From assembly GCA_973895155.1 (NCBI GenBank), contig OZ316897.1, positions 4,665,876 to 4,729,875 of the forward strand: a DNA stretch of 64,000 nucleotides. Direction: 5' to 3'. A program made the position numbers and the translations under genes. This DNA is from Marsupella aquatica. Taxonomy: Eukaryota; Plantae; Marchantiophyta. The notes under the pieces were generated by a model. The model saw only the letters and a program-made list of their open reading frames with translations. It was not told where the DNA came from and did not search any database. Below are positions 12,101 through 25,390 of the stretch, one piece after another. Position 1 is the stretch's first letter, and every line of letters begins with the position of its first letter.

Positions 12101-15100
12101 TAATTAAAAGCTATTTTTTTATTTTCTTTTGGTTGTCCTTCAATCTCTTCAATCTAATTGGTTTGATGAGGATCACCAATAAGTTTTGGGACATCCATTT
12201 TTCTTCAAATTTATTTAGTAAGTATGCCCAAGCTAGGTAGTAGAGTGAAACCATTTCAGCCAAAGTGGGCTTGAGATGACAAAATTCTGATAAAAACATA
12301 TATTGATGCATTTTTTCTTTTTTAAAAAACATTTTTTTAAGGGAAATCTGTGAAACCCCATAGAAAGGGAATAGACAGCCACAATAGTTGAATTCAAGAC
12401 CTATCAGTGTCTTCACTCAAGTGAGCTACCACAAAGTCACGCCTCTCTGGGCTATATTGATGCATCTTAGGATACTGACATACCCCAATAGCACAGAAAT
12501 AACATCATGAAAACCCAACAACTCACTAACTTAAAAGACTGTTTATTACTTAAGGTGCACACTGCCACTATTAATTATCAACATTTGATTTTGATCTAAG
12601 AATTTGACAACATGCATAGAGTCTTGTAATCGTTTGTATTGTTGTCCACCGGCCTCTTTGTTAGTCCTATCAATCAATCACATCTAACGGTTATAATTAC
12701 TCATTGACATTTTTAACTAAATGAATCAAATACAGAGATCGATATGATTAATCAAAATTTAAAAGTAAATTAAAGGGTTACAAGAGGTTACCTTTTCGCC
12801 CTCACTCTTTGCAATTTGGCATCCATTGTAACTTTTTAAAATTGTAAGTTTTTACCATTTGCGGGTCTACCCAATTATGGTTAACTTTAGTCTTGGGTCA
12901 ATTTCTAGTTACTAAAGCTAAACCACCATTAGGGTGTTAATAGTGGTTAATAGTGATTAGCCATGACTCAATATTTAGCATATAGAGGGGCTAGGGATTG
13001 AGAGCTCCTCTTGGAGACTCATGCTCATTGTTGAGGGAGCTAGCTAGGTGCTAGGAGGAGAGCTGGTTGCTTGACTCATGTGTATGGTGTCGCCGGTTGT
13101 CCCAACAATAACAAGCACAAATGGTAGTGTTTGTTTGTTGCAACAAATACCACCATTTGCATTTGTAATGGAAACCGCTGACATGGTGCAACCACTGGCT
13201 AGGAATTTTGGAATGAACTCATCAGGGGGTCCTAGATATATATATATTCCAACTTTACAGTCAGGTACAATAAATTTATGATTTTTGTGTATTAATTGGC
13301 AGCAGATTTCTGCAGAATTGGTCATGTACACTAGAAAATCAGCTTAGGTATTGGTGGGATATTCTTGCACTTTTGGAAAAAATGCCATAAATTATAGATG
13401 CTTAGATTGTGTTGAAGTTGTTTCAGTTTGGAAGATGCAATTTTTGTGGGCATTGAGCATTCCTTGGATGACCAACCCAATCTTGACTTTGATATAAATT
13501 GAGATTTAGTGGTAGATTGATGTATATCTCATAGAATATATTGATTGTGGTAGATTTGGCCAAAAGTTGAAAACATCATTCTTGTTCTGTCCAAAAGTGT
13601 GCTTCTTTCTACTAACCCCGCATAAACACAAATATTTTTGAACCCTTACTGTTGTTCTGTCTGGGCATCGTGCTAGCACAAACAAAGATTTCCAAAAAAA
13701 CACTTCAATGAATCTTTCTATCTATGTACACACATAGCCTCTCCCTCGGTCTCCCTTTTTTGGTTTTGAAAGATGGGAATGTCACCCAAACCCGCTCCTT
13801 TACAATTGCTCCTAATGCACATATTCTAGCTGGCCAGTAGAAGTTTGTCAATTGACATCTTATAAATGGTTATTCTAAAGTGGGTTGAGTATGTTTTTAC
13901 CCTACTGTTATAGTTTCATGCTCCTTAGTTTACAGGGTTTAGAGTAATATTACTTATGAAATGCTAAGCAGTTCAAATTTCTAGGTTTGCTGTTAGAGAT
14001 CCTTTAAAATAAGTTCTAGGTTGTTCCACTTTATTAGAGAATTCTTGGGGAATTCAGAGCTTGCACCCTACATCATAATTTTTCTGTGTTGTTTCAATAT
14101 ATTCTCATCGTGCTGATTGGCAATCTGGTAGTACAAAGTTCATGCTACTTTGCAGATGCTTGCTTCGATCAGTCAGCTAAGTCATTTTGGGGTTTTTCCA
14201 CAATATCTCTACTTAATATATTGGATGTCTTGTAGTATCCGACCTGACCATTCTTCCACTACTGAGGTAGTGGAGTCGTCTGATCTTTAATCCAAGGATC
14301 CAGCCCTTACGATGGAGAAGGGTTTAGCTCAAGGGAAGGAAAAATTCCTTTTGTTGGTTGCCTGAAATGCAAATGGAACAAAGAGTTGGAGATTCCCTAG
14401 TACTTCAAAATACCAACAAGAAACTTGATGTTCTCTTTGCATTGATTCAAAGAGACTGGCGCTCAAAGTAACCATGATCTTACATGGTGTTGCCACTCTT
14501 CTCACAATACCTGGCACCTTTGACTTAAAGTTTTATCCCTCAAAGTTGAACAAGTACTTAGAGGCCCTCAGCTAACCATTTTCTGATTGGGATCCCATCA
14601 TCTCTTAAAATAATTTGCAACTTTGGAAAGTGCGGTGGGAGCTGGGAAATTTTGGCAAATCTGACGGGAAAGTGGCATTGTATATATCTGACCGTGGAGG
14701 AATGATGCCTCTTTCAACCACAAGGACTCACAAGACTTTACAAACTGTGATCATTAGTATTTGGTATAATAGTGGCTGTTACATTAGGCCAGACATTAGG
14801 GTCGACTGGAAACTGACATCGCTTAGCTTACACAGGACTAATTGTGAGCAAAGTTTGTGATGTAGATTCACAAGGCACTGAGGTAATCATCCCATTGGAC
14901 CGCTTATTTAGGATTGGGATTGTATTCAAGTTGCAATTTCTTTCCTCTGTCTTCTTTGTAATTTTGTCAATTCTTCAAATCTTGTGTGTTTATCCTCTCA
15001 TCAATTTTCCTTTCCTTAGTGCAGTACTCACCATTACCTCTCCAAAAATGGACAGAATTGGCAGTGTCATCCAACAGTGTCTCCCATTGTATCCAATGCA

Positions 15101-15821
15101 TGTAATGTACCTCACATGCCTAGTATGTAGTTTGGATGGTTATTCTGACGTTAGGTTATAAGAACTTCTTGAAGCAAGCTCAAATGTGCCCCTTCTTAGA
15201 AGAATATTGAGGCTAAGATATTTAGGGCGCAAGAGAACTATTTTGAGAGAATGGAGAGAATTGATGAAGTGAGAGGTGATCCGGGGAGGTGATTACAGAG
15301 GCGATGGGCCATGATAGTGTGAAGGGAAGATTCATAGATTGAGAAAGTGCATTAAGTGTAAGGATGAAGCAAGAGATCATGGATAGTATTTGAATACATA
15401 ATTGAGAGGGGTTGATTGCACCAAGGATGAGAGAAATTGGATTATCAGAAGAGAAAAAGCTTCATTACCAGTGACTGGATGGCCTTCTTGAACACATGCA
15501 TAAATACAATATCACTAAGAATATCCCCTAGCGAGAGAGGCCTGGCTACAATACACGTTGACTGTACGTTGGTCACTTACATGTTTTCAGTATACTATGG
15601 TTATTGTACTATATGTCATAACAATGGTAGTCAAACTTTCCCATGGGTGGAAAGTGGTTACAGTGAGGTGTACCATTTGATCAAGGAGTTTGTCTGGCCT
15701 CTCCTGAAAATTGCTTGATCACTAATTGTACACCTCAATGTGTGGCCACATCATTGTGAGGCCAGGTGCCTCATGCATTGCTTTGAATCAGATTGTATAA
15801 ATTAGCATGAGCTGTAATTTA

Positions 15822-16484
15822 CATTGTCACTAAAGATGTTTGAATTTATAACACTACCACTAATTTTTATTACGGACCCCACTAGAGGTCCTTTCCAAAC
15901 TTCCTGGCACCACAGCGCGCCACATCATCAAGATGCGCTGCAAATAGGTACATATTGGTTTACAAAACAAAATTTGCTTCCACATTCTTGTTTGTGGCGT
16001 GATTATGATAAAATCAAGGACGCCATGCCGTAAAACTTGATGTAAAACTATTTTAAAAGTAACCGTTTTATTTACTCTAGGTAACAAAATGTTGAAGTAA
16101 TCATAGACTCGTAACCATTTTTTAAACCCCGAATAACCGACTGCCCACCCTCTGGTTCAATTAAGTAATTAATTAATTATATATCCTGCACTCTCTTGTC
16201 CTCCGGATCACACAGAGGGTATCCTAGCAACTTCTCTTCGAACTGCTTTATGCTTCGTTGAGCCCTAGGCAAGAAAGCACTCGAGTCAATGGCCACAGCA
16301 GCCATTCAATTCAAAACAGATGAGGTCTATGAACTAATTGTATTTATAAATATGTCACAATTTATGTATATAGCTCCCTTAGTTACGCTGATGAACTTCT
16401 CATCCATATATAAAATTGTGGTATATTTGTAATACAAAAGAAATTGTGGCAATATTGTCAATTAGAACATCTTTAGTGACAAAG
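15822..16484. mobile_element. Family B MITE carrying a ~470-bp nested insertion (about 15867-16332)
   Basis: Same TIRs and TA flanks as the 11905 copy. Internal homology resumes near 16338. actaatt is duplicated on both sides of the insert. Confidence 0.75.
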
Positions 16485-17277
16485 TACGTACAAAAACTAA
16501 TGAATTGCTTTCCTAGAGGAAACCATCAAGCTTCATTGCATAACCTGTGTTAGTTTCTCTCTGAGGATCTAGCTTCCCCTTGGTTTCATTGTGATTCCGA
16601 GTGAATCACTGTTTTTGTTCTATCTTATATATATTCATGAATCATGCTCTTTTGGTGTATCTTTGTTGTAAAATAAAAGTGTAAATTGACAAAAAATTGT
16701 TTATATCTACAAATTTCAAGACTCAAATGAATATATCTGTATATTGGGGTTTGATAATAAAAACAATGTTCTTAGTGTTTGGTCCTCTCTCTGTGAATCA
16801 AGTAATATTTTCTGCCCTATTGGATGCACTTGATGGGAACCTGGTCTCCTTGTTCAATGTGCACTGTACTTCACTCATTCAATTGCAATAATATATATTT
16901 CAGTTTTGAATCAATCCTTGAATGATCTTATATACCACACCCATGATGAAAGCTATGTGCTTGCAATAGGCTGAACCAATATCTAGAGCATATTGTTTTG
17001 GCTATACAATTTTGATAAGATGTTCTGACAATAAGTTATGGGGCCATTATTGGACCCCTATCACAATACTGAAGTTCAGCCAATAAGTAGGAGTCAAACC
17101 AAAAAATCAGATCATTGCTATGATCTTCCTACACATATAAAAAGTAGGGGTCAAACTAAAAGAATCTGATCTGTGCTGTAGGGGAGAACTACTATGATAA
17201 GATGCAAATGGAGGTTATAGTGGACGCAAAACTGGTCTTGACTATGGGACCTCGATCAGTTACTTATGCATAAGACT

Positions 17278-18710
17278 GCCAAAGAACAAATGCACCAACC
17301 AGGAGACACTATCCCAAATTGCAGGAGATATATCCAATAAAGGGGAGAAAACTAGGGGAAAACCAGATAGACGATAGAGCCAAAAACAATTCACTTATGT
17401 TGAAGTTTGCACATCTTAAAAGTATTTTGGAAACTACTCAAACTCAAGATCAATAAAGCCAATACCTCAGAAATCATGACAGGGCCTATGATGATTTCTT
17501 TTGGCTGATCCTGAAACATGATCAAACTATCACATGAGGCTTAATGATACCTCAAGAGACAAGTACTTTTGCAAACTGTGAACACAAGACTAGAGATTTT
17601 AACATTGACTTGAGTGAAAGTCCGGTGGAGTTCACTGGGTCCACTTAGAGCAACTTATGAATTTAGTTCCTGAATTGACTCACAAGTTGACACGGGTAGG
17701 GAAGTAGACCTTGTTTACCCTGTATTAATTTCCAAACCTGCATAGTGTATTATGAATTATAACCAATAATTAGTAATTTGTTGCTCGTTCAGACAAGTGC
17801 CAAATGACACAAATTTATGGGTTTTGTTTCAGGCTTGCAGGAAGGAAAACCCCCATTTATATTTTTGTGAATTTTTGAAATAAATTTTGGCAATATCGAC
17901 CTGTTCTACGTACATGGTTTGTAGCAGAACCCAGAACTTTGAGAAATTATGGGGCCATGAGCAAGCAATTGTTATGCTTTGGCAGCCACACTAAGCCACT
18001 CAGAACCTTCAATGTTTGCCGACCCACCTTAAAGCCACATGTATCCAATATTTGTCCCTAAGTACCATTATCATAGTAAAGTGGATAATATCCCTAGTTC
18101 CAATTTTCAATTTTGTGCTGGTAATGACTTATTCCATTCTATGTTATTATTGATTGAATGAATGAACTGACATACCACTGGTACATATAACACGGTGCCA
18201 AAGAACAAAAGAGCCAAACCTGGAGATAGGGATCCCAAAGGTAAAAGACCCAATAAATGTCGGACAAGGAAAAGGGATCGCAAAACTCACGCATCATAGA
18301 CTACTCACCTAGGATAGATTACCGGAGAATAATATGAACATATTCCCAAATATATAAGAAATTAGAAATATGGGGTGATACAAAACACAAAAGAAATGTT
18401 GGTTTAATAGTCTACTGTTGATCAAAGAGCTCGCTGGTACCTCAAAGAAAAGAAATTAATATACTCTTTGCACTTGGTATAGACTTTTGCAACCATGATT
18501 GCGACTCATTATTTTATTGGGTATTTTTCAACCAAAAGCCAACTTGTTTTATAGATACCAAAAATGAATAACTGTTCCTTGTATTGGGCTGCATAGCTCT
18601 TGAACTTTTTGCTCTTTGGTTTGCCCTGTTGTTCAGTTGTTTTCCCCCTCTTATTGGGTTTTTGGCCTGTGGATCCTGTCTCCGTATAAGGCACTCTGTT
18701 CTTTGCAGCT
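17278..18710. repeat. Three copies of a ~100-bp dispersed repeat (about 17278-17390 +, 18197-18290 +, 18600-18710 -); also at about 41850-41935 - and 62505-62610 +
   Basis: Shared core aaagaac...aacc(t/a)ggagacaggatcccaaag...ccaataaag. Confidence 0.65.
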
Positions 18711-19158
18711 ATATATATATATATATCCAGCACATAGTGGTCCTTGACATGTTTTCATTTAACTGAGATTTACTCCATTGGGGGCCACTACTTTTTGCCA
18801 AATTAGAAACTTTGGCATTCTTTTTAGTGTAGTTATTGCTTGCTTAAGCCAAGTAACTTTACTTAACTTGAAACTGTCTGATGATCAGCATCCAAACAGT
18901 TTAGACCAGCAGATGGTCATCCATATCCTCTACCTTTACACAACATGCTTTGCTCCTGCCCCAACCTGCTCCACCCGGCTGCCCAACTCCCCCACCCCCT
19001 GGTGGACCAGGGTGTTGAGCCCAAGTTAAGGATGGTATCAACTGTCCGACAGTGAAACTGGCAAGATGGCGAGGGTTGGATCATTCATAACCAACTACGG
19101 TAGAACCACTTTGCTTAAATACACTGTCCACCGCAATTAGAGTGAGTGAACAATTACT

Positions 19159-19435
19159 CAGGGGCCTCACTCCAAGGGGGGGTACCCATATTATGTACAA
19201 TTTTGGGGGACTAAATACACTAACACATAAGTAAATAAAGCTTTCTTCAGAGAATTTTTTTACCCTAATTTTTGGAATGTTCCCAGATTTGGATTAAAAA
19301 ACTCTTTCATCCTAATCTGGATTAAATTACCCCCTAATGTTCTTCCACAAAAAAATAGAAGTCTTTTACTGAACCCAATAAAAAACCCCTATACTTTTTA
19401 GTGAGTGACGGGTAGAAAAATAAGTGAGGACCCTG
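19159..19435 (+). mobile_element. ~280-bp non-autonomous DNA transposon (MITE family A, CAGGG-type TIR, hAT-like)
   Basis: TIRs caggggcctcact / agtgaggaccctg (12/13 match). Related copies occur elsewhere in the window. No TSD is recognisable. Confidence 0.7.
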
Positions 19436-21239
19436 GGAACAATAAGTGTGGACACCAAAATTAGAGTGACTCACACTAATTTGTGTACTTTTGGTTTTGA
19501 TCAGGAATCAATATAATCAAATATTTAAAGCTACACTATGTCCAAGAAAATGAAGCTTCTGAAAAAGACAAATTCCACTCAACAAGATACCACTCAGGAG
19601 CATGAAAAATCACACAGGAGATATATGTGTACAAGTTGTATTGAAAGCCTGATGTTCACAATTTTTTATTTGTATTGAGAGTACGCCTGATGTTCACAAG
19701 TTTCACTTTGTGTTGAGCATTTGCTTCTTAATGCTTTCCCTGGGAGGCTTGGTACACATTCCTTAATGCTGTCCCTAGGGGCTAAGATCCAGAGCCAAGC
19801 CCATCACCCACCAAACACGGTCATTCTCTCCCCTTACAGTGCTATTGAATGCCACTAAGTCTAAGATTTATGCCCTCTGTTTTGATTCTCTGTGTGCGCT
19901 AGATATGCAAGGGGAGCACTACAATTAGTGTGACTAAAGGTGACTTTATGTGCACTGCAATTAGAGTGACACCAAAAATAATGTGAATCACTCTATTTTC
20001 TGTGAGACTGAGAACTGACAATACCTCAGGCAATTGCGTTGGACACTGTATTGCTGGAAAAATGTAATAATTGAACTAGAAAGAGTGGCAAAATATGCAA
20101 TCCTAACGAAAAAGTGGCAGAAAGGAATGTGCATGTAGTAAATCTCACTTTCAGCCGAAGTTAACGCGCTCAGGTTGGAGTGTTGTTTTTGGCTGAAATC
20201 ACAGGTTTTTTTTGTCTCCAAAGATTATTTTGAATCCCATTCATTGCTGCATCAATAGTTGAATTTATATTTTCAGCGGAAAAGAGAAAGCGCACTCAGG
20301 TACAACGCACTCAAGTGAGCCCATCGGGTATTCGGGTGTGAACTGGGACACCGGCTGATTCGACTTTTGCTGGACTGTCAAAGGAATGATGTCTAAATGT
20401 TCCTCGTGTAGATTTGATTTGTAAATCCCATTCATGATCAATGATGCGTGCCGCTTTTGTCAGCGCGTGGACTGATCAGACTCCCGGCCTCCCATCCCGT
20501 CGATCAGGGAGGCAGGGAGAAGAACAGATTGCTGCCCATCGCTTGTCAGGAAGGCTACAGCCCCTCAACAGACTCTCATGCTTCGCCCTAGGCTTTACCG
20601 CATACTCCGCCATTAATGTGCTAGTCTGTGTTGTGTTGAGATGGCTAAGAAGCTGTGTGCTCGACCTACGATAGGTACGACAGTGTCCTCTCCATCGTTA
20701 CCGTACTCTAGGTTCCTACTTCCTAGCCTGCCCTGACACAGGAGTGGTACAGGACTCTACAGCTCTACTTCTAGTCTTCTACTACTACAGTGCTGTGCTG
20801 TAGCGCTGCTCTGCCTTCGGAGTTAACGTACCGAGAGATTGCTAGTCTGTTGCTCTGCTGCCGTAGTTCCCGTGCTATAGTTGATCTTCAGTGTCTTACC
20901 CCTGTAGGTGCAGAGCGTAGTTGTAGCTTGAAAGCTAGTGGTAGTAGTGTGGATCAGAGTAGGGCTCTAGAGCGCAAGTGGAAAGAGGAGGAAAAGTGCA
21001 TCGTCCGTTCTTCTTCTTACAACAAACAGTACATCTGACGAGCGAGTCGAATGAGATTCATTTCAGCAGAGCGGAGTTTTTTAATATATTGAAACTTGAA
21101 AGCTATTTTTACCCTGAAACATCCAATTGAATTCCATTCACAGAGAAGCTATTGTACCTTAGTGTACATCTCGAGTTCTGGAGTTTTGGGAGTGCAAGTG
21201 GGAAGGAGTAGGAAGTGCGATACCAATTCTCTGTGTGTG

Positions 21240-21505
21240 CCCTACGGTATGGTATGCTGTTTCAATGAATGAAATTGGACGGAATCTGTCAGGGCAAAAA
21301 AAATAGCAGTAGTGAATACTGTCCAGTCGAATGAGCTTCATACCATGGTGAAAGAACATACGGAACCGTACCGTGACTGTAGAAGGACCCTGCCAAACGG
21401 TACGGTATATTCTGGTACTTGCCGGGAAAGGGGGTCGGCTGGGCCGTTTTGGACTTTTGGTATCCCGGTCAGCTTCAGTGGTATCTGTACCGACCAATTG
21501 TTTAG
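21240..21505. mobile_element. Decayed MITE-like segments rich in cggta/taccg subterminal motifs
   Basis: tacggtatggt ... accgtaccgt inverted pair, then acggtacggta ... gtaccg. Similar motifs occur near 28630-28930. Confidence 0.35.
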
Positions 21506-22504
21506 AATTGTTGTGCCTGCACGAACTATGTAATGAGTGTCCTGTTAATTAAGTAGCACGGTCGACAAATTTATTAATGGGAGAATCGAAAGTGGATGGT
21601 GTGGAGGGGCTCAGTACTATCCGATCTTCTAATGAGGAGATTTAGGGGAAAGAGTTGCTTTTTGATTAATGTGATAGTCGCCAATGAGTACGTACAATCA
21701 TGTCAAACTCGCACATAATGAGTGATTTTGTGGAAACCTTTCGTACAACTGCAAATATTCATACCGTCATGTAGAACGCACGAGCGAGGATACTGATGTG
21801 GTATGGCGAGTTTGAGCAGAGTCATCTGCTGCAGAGCAACTTACTAGCAGGGCATCATCAGTCTGCATCAGCAACTTGGTTCCTGCTTGGGAGAGCGCGC
21901 TATGCAGTTACGATAAAGGAAGTGATTTGATTGCATGAAGAAATCGGCCGAATCGATATGCAGCACTTCGGCCAAATATAATTGCGGATGGCACAGCCGT
22001 GCAGTGTGAGCAGGGCCCCTACTACGACACTATTGCAACGAAAACAGACGCGAGAGGGCTACGAATTTTAATGCTCTCATCAGACAGACAGACAGCAGAC
22101 AGAGAGCAGGGAGCTGCAGAGCAGTGAACGCCGGCCACCTATCTAGGCCAGAAGAGAAGATTCAAGGAGGTAGCAGGCAGCTCCACCTTTTGAGGTGATG
22201 TGGCCTGTTAAGAAAGCACATGTGTAAATAACGGGTAGAGTCCTACGGGGTGAACTTGTGGACTGGGGATAGAAAGCATCATTATTTTGCCCAACAAACT
22301 TTATCTTCCTTTTCTGCCTGGTCCTGCTCCTCTTGTTGACAAAAACAGTCGCCAGCTACGACACTTGTAGACGAGCAAGCAACTGGGAAGAGCTATGAAA
22401 TCGCTGTATGCCTCAGGCCTTTACAGTATAATCTGCCTAGCTGAAAGCCAGAGCAGCGGCCAGTCAGAGCCAAGCCAGCTGCCTGCTGCCTGCCTGCCAT
22501 CCGG

Positions 22505-22531
22505 CCTACCTTCCTTCCTTCCTTCCTTCCT
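22505..22531. repeat. (CCTT)n microsatellite
   Basis: cctaccttccttccttccttccttcct. Confidence 0.9.
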
Positions 22532-23890
22532 TTGTTCCTTCGTTCGAGGTTACTGGAAAAGCAGACAGGCAAGGTGCCCTTCTTCTCTTTGGAATGAAAA
22601 AGGAGCTGAACCTTATTACTGCTCGAGTGATGAACACAACTTCGCCAGAGTAAGTGAGGGTGAAAGGTCTGCCACGAGAAAGGTACACGAGTAACGAGCA
22701 AACACACCTCGTACAAGAAAAAGGGCAAGAGTGCCCACACGACAAAGATGAGTCACGAAAATGGGAGCCAAACCAACATCATTGGTCCGTGTATACAGAT
22801 TTATTTCAGAGGACAGATTTCAATCGAAATTTACAAGACCATCGGATCTCTCAGAAGGTTGAATCTCACTATCACCGGATCCTCCCTCTGCTCGAGTGGA
22901 GAGGACTACTGTATTTATAAACCCAGTCACGGCCATCAGACAGATATACCCTATGGCCGCTTTACTGGTGGGCACCGTCGATAGTGGCGACTGTTGTTGA
23001 GATGCCGATACTCATCAGCTACCAAAATTGCAACTCCCGTTGCTAGGTTGTGGATGACGAATTTGCTGCATAGGATGGACGAGCAAAGCCGTGCTGCTGT
23101 GGGGGCTTTGGCTTTGAGAATTTGTTCTTCAAGGGGCTGTGCCGTTGTTTTCAGCTTGCTTGCCCTGGAACCGCACGGCAGAATGCGCAGAGGGAGGGAC
23201 TGAAGCTCGTTTCGATAAGATCAGCGGCAGAGGAGTTCGTGATGAGGCGAAGAGCAAGTAGCATAATCGTACAGAGGTGTCACAAAATATCATCTATCAA
23301 TTTCGTTTCCCAGGGGCAAAGTTTGCAAAATTTATCCCCGCCGGTCTCAAAAGACGACACTCAACCCAAATTGCTGCAAACGTGGCGCATTTGGATGCTC
23401 GGCAAAATCGGCCAAGGCTATGGAGTGCATCTAACTAGAGAACTTCAGCCAAGTAGAAGTCGAAGACACCAGCTTGTAACTCCTCAAAGAATCATTTGAA
23501 CCTGAGTCCTAAAATTTGCTATTCCTCTCCGCCTCTAAAATGCCGCGACAAAAAATTTAGTCTTCCAGATGCTGCTGCGTCTGCTGCCTGCCATGCCAAC
23601 TAAACCTTGGGCAAGCTTTTTTGCTGCTGCTGCTGTAAAGATCCACTGACAGACATTCACGTCTTTCATCGCTGAAAAATGATTTCAACTACTGGTGCTA
23701 ATCGCCCGATCGTGAGTGTGTTTAACATAGCCAATTGCCCGCGAAAGAATCCCGCGGCTCCAGCATTGGATAGACCGGTCGATAAGAGGGTCTCCGGAAA
23801 GCAAATAAACACCTGCCGTTATCACCTGCCTCTCTGTACATGCGAAATCAATCCCGTTCATTCACTGAACAATTCTCTGTAGCACCGCTT

Positions 23891-25390
23891 TTAACTATCG
23901 TCCGCAACGACTTTAATAGAGATTAAAGCTTCCCTCTCATCTCCTCCTGCTTCCGCCGGCTCGTCATCGAGGGGTTTGTGCACTAGGAATTGATCTTCTG
24001 CACCATCAAACTCGGTTGCCGGTGCCACCTTGGCCGTCGAATGAGGATGGTGAGCCGTCAGGTCCTTAGCGCGCTCTGCCTGCCTCATCCAATCGGTGCG
24101 GAGCAGTACGGTGAGCATCAACGTTACGCAAGTGAGCTGAGCAGCAAGTAGTCCAAACCAAAGTCCCACAAAACCGACGCCAAGCCAGAACCCTAGGGCA
24201 AGGGCTACTGGCATACCCACGAGATAGAAGGAACCCAAGTTAATGTTGGCACCTGTGCTGGGCCTCGCACTACCTCGTAATACCCCACAGCCGGTGGTCT
24301 GGGGGCAGTTGCCCAGCTCGCAGAGCCCCACAATTGGCAAGACCAACGCTGTGAGATGCAGAATTTTCTGGTCTTTGGTGAACATAGCTCCCCAAACGTG
24401 GCGCATGGAGGTGGTGAAGGTGCAGGCAAGAACTGCCACCACACCTGCACAGCTCAGAGCAACGAGCATAGCAGTGCGTGCTCTGCCAGGCCGATTGGCA
24501 CCGAGCTCATTTCCCACTCTTGTGGACACAGCCTGACTCAAAGCTGAAGGGAAGATGTAGACCAGAGCGGTGGTTTGGATAAGAATTCCCATGCTAGCAA
24601 CCGTAGCCTGAGCATCGACTAGCAACCCGGACAAGATAATCATGAATTCATACCACCACCACTCTAAACAAACTGACACGCAGCTCGGAATCGCCAAACG
24701 CAGGAGAGGACCCCATTCTCGGAAAGCCGCCAATGACCAACCGTCCCACGTCTCCTTGTATCGCCCCGAGTACCAGAGATAAGCCAGAAGGAACACCACG
24801 AGATTAAAATCCGTCCACGCAGTTGCGAGGGCTACACCCCGGACATGTAAGCCAAGATAGTCCACCAGCAACAGGTTTATGGGCACGTGAAGTGACAGAG
24901 CTAGAAATGCGCAGTACGTCAGCGGTGTGGTAATATTTTGCGAGCGAAGATAGATCCGCAGCGGATTCAGAATAGCTTGTGCCGCAAGGTCCGGTAAGGA
25001 GAACATGAGAAAAGTGTGTGCAACGGCAAGAATTCCTACATCTTGGCCGCAAAGTGCAAGGATTCTCTGCATGTTTACCCACAAAATGGCAATTGGAAGA
25101 CATGCGCAGAACAGCATCATTATGGTGCGCTGGAGTGTGAGGCCTATGAGTTGCCATCGCTTCGCTCCATAAGCCTGTCCACAGATGGGCTCCATGCCCA
25201 TAGCCAAACCTGCCAATACTGAGTAGCCTGTGATGTTCGCGAATCCAATAGACAACGAACCCCCCGCCAGTTCGAGGTCGCCCAGTCGGCCGAGGAAAAG
25301 CATTGATATCATAGCCCGCAGGTACAAGAGTACTCCCAGTATTACCATAGGCCCGGCGATGCTGCCCAATTGCCGCAGCTCATGCACAAT
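23891..25390 (-). CDS. MATE (DTX) family transporter, DTX48/DTX49/DTX51 (ABS3/ABS4) clade; second coding exon (499 codons + stop)
   Basis: ORF 23891..25450 has hallmark plant MATE motifs: RAMISMLFLG, ELAGGSLSIGFANITGYSV, GMEPICGQAYGA, CVSVCLEWWWYEFMI, STRVGNELGA, ELGNCPQTTGCGVLRG, NLGSFYLVGMPVA. Its first 20 residues are intronic: pyrimidine tract plus CAG acceptor (ttcttgttcgtgctgcag|att) at 25391/25390. Confidence 0.96.
   Translation of the reverse strand: MVHELRQLGSIAGPMVILGVLLYLRAMISMLFLGRLGDLELAGGSLSIGFANITGYSVLAGLAMGMEPICGQAYGAKRWQLIGLTLQRTIMMLFCACLPIAILWVNMQRILALCGQDVGILAVAHTFLMFSLPDLAAQAILNPLRIYLRSQNITTPLTYCAFLALSLHVPINLLLVDYLGLHVRGVALATAWTDFNLVVFLLAYLWYSGRYKETWDGWSLAAFREWGPLLRLAIPSCVSVCLEWWWYEFMIILSGLLVDAQATVASMGILIQTTALVYIFPSALSQAVSTRVGNELGANRPGRARTAMLVALSCAGVVAVLACTFTTSMRHVWGAMFTKDQKILHLTALVLPIVGLCELGNCPQTTGCGVLRGSARPSTGANINLGSFYLVGMPVALALGFWLGVGFVGLWFGLLAAQLTCVTLMLTVLLRTDWMRQAERAKDLTAHHPHSTAKVAPATEFDGAEDQFLVHKPLDDEPAEAGGDEREALISIKVVADDS

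Noticed and set aside
8880-15480. Several coding-like decayed stretches (about 8.9-9.25, 9.8-10.3, 13.05-13.33, 14.3-14.7 and 15.2-15.5 kb)
   Set aside because: Probably old TE ORFs, but motif matches (CACTA, pogo, gypsy pol) are too weak to assign by eye.
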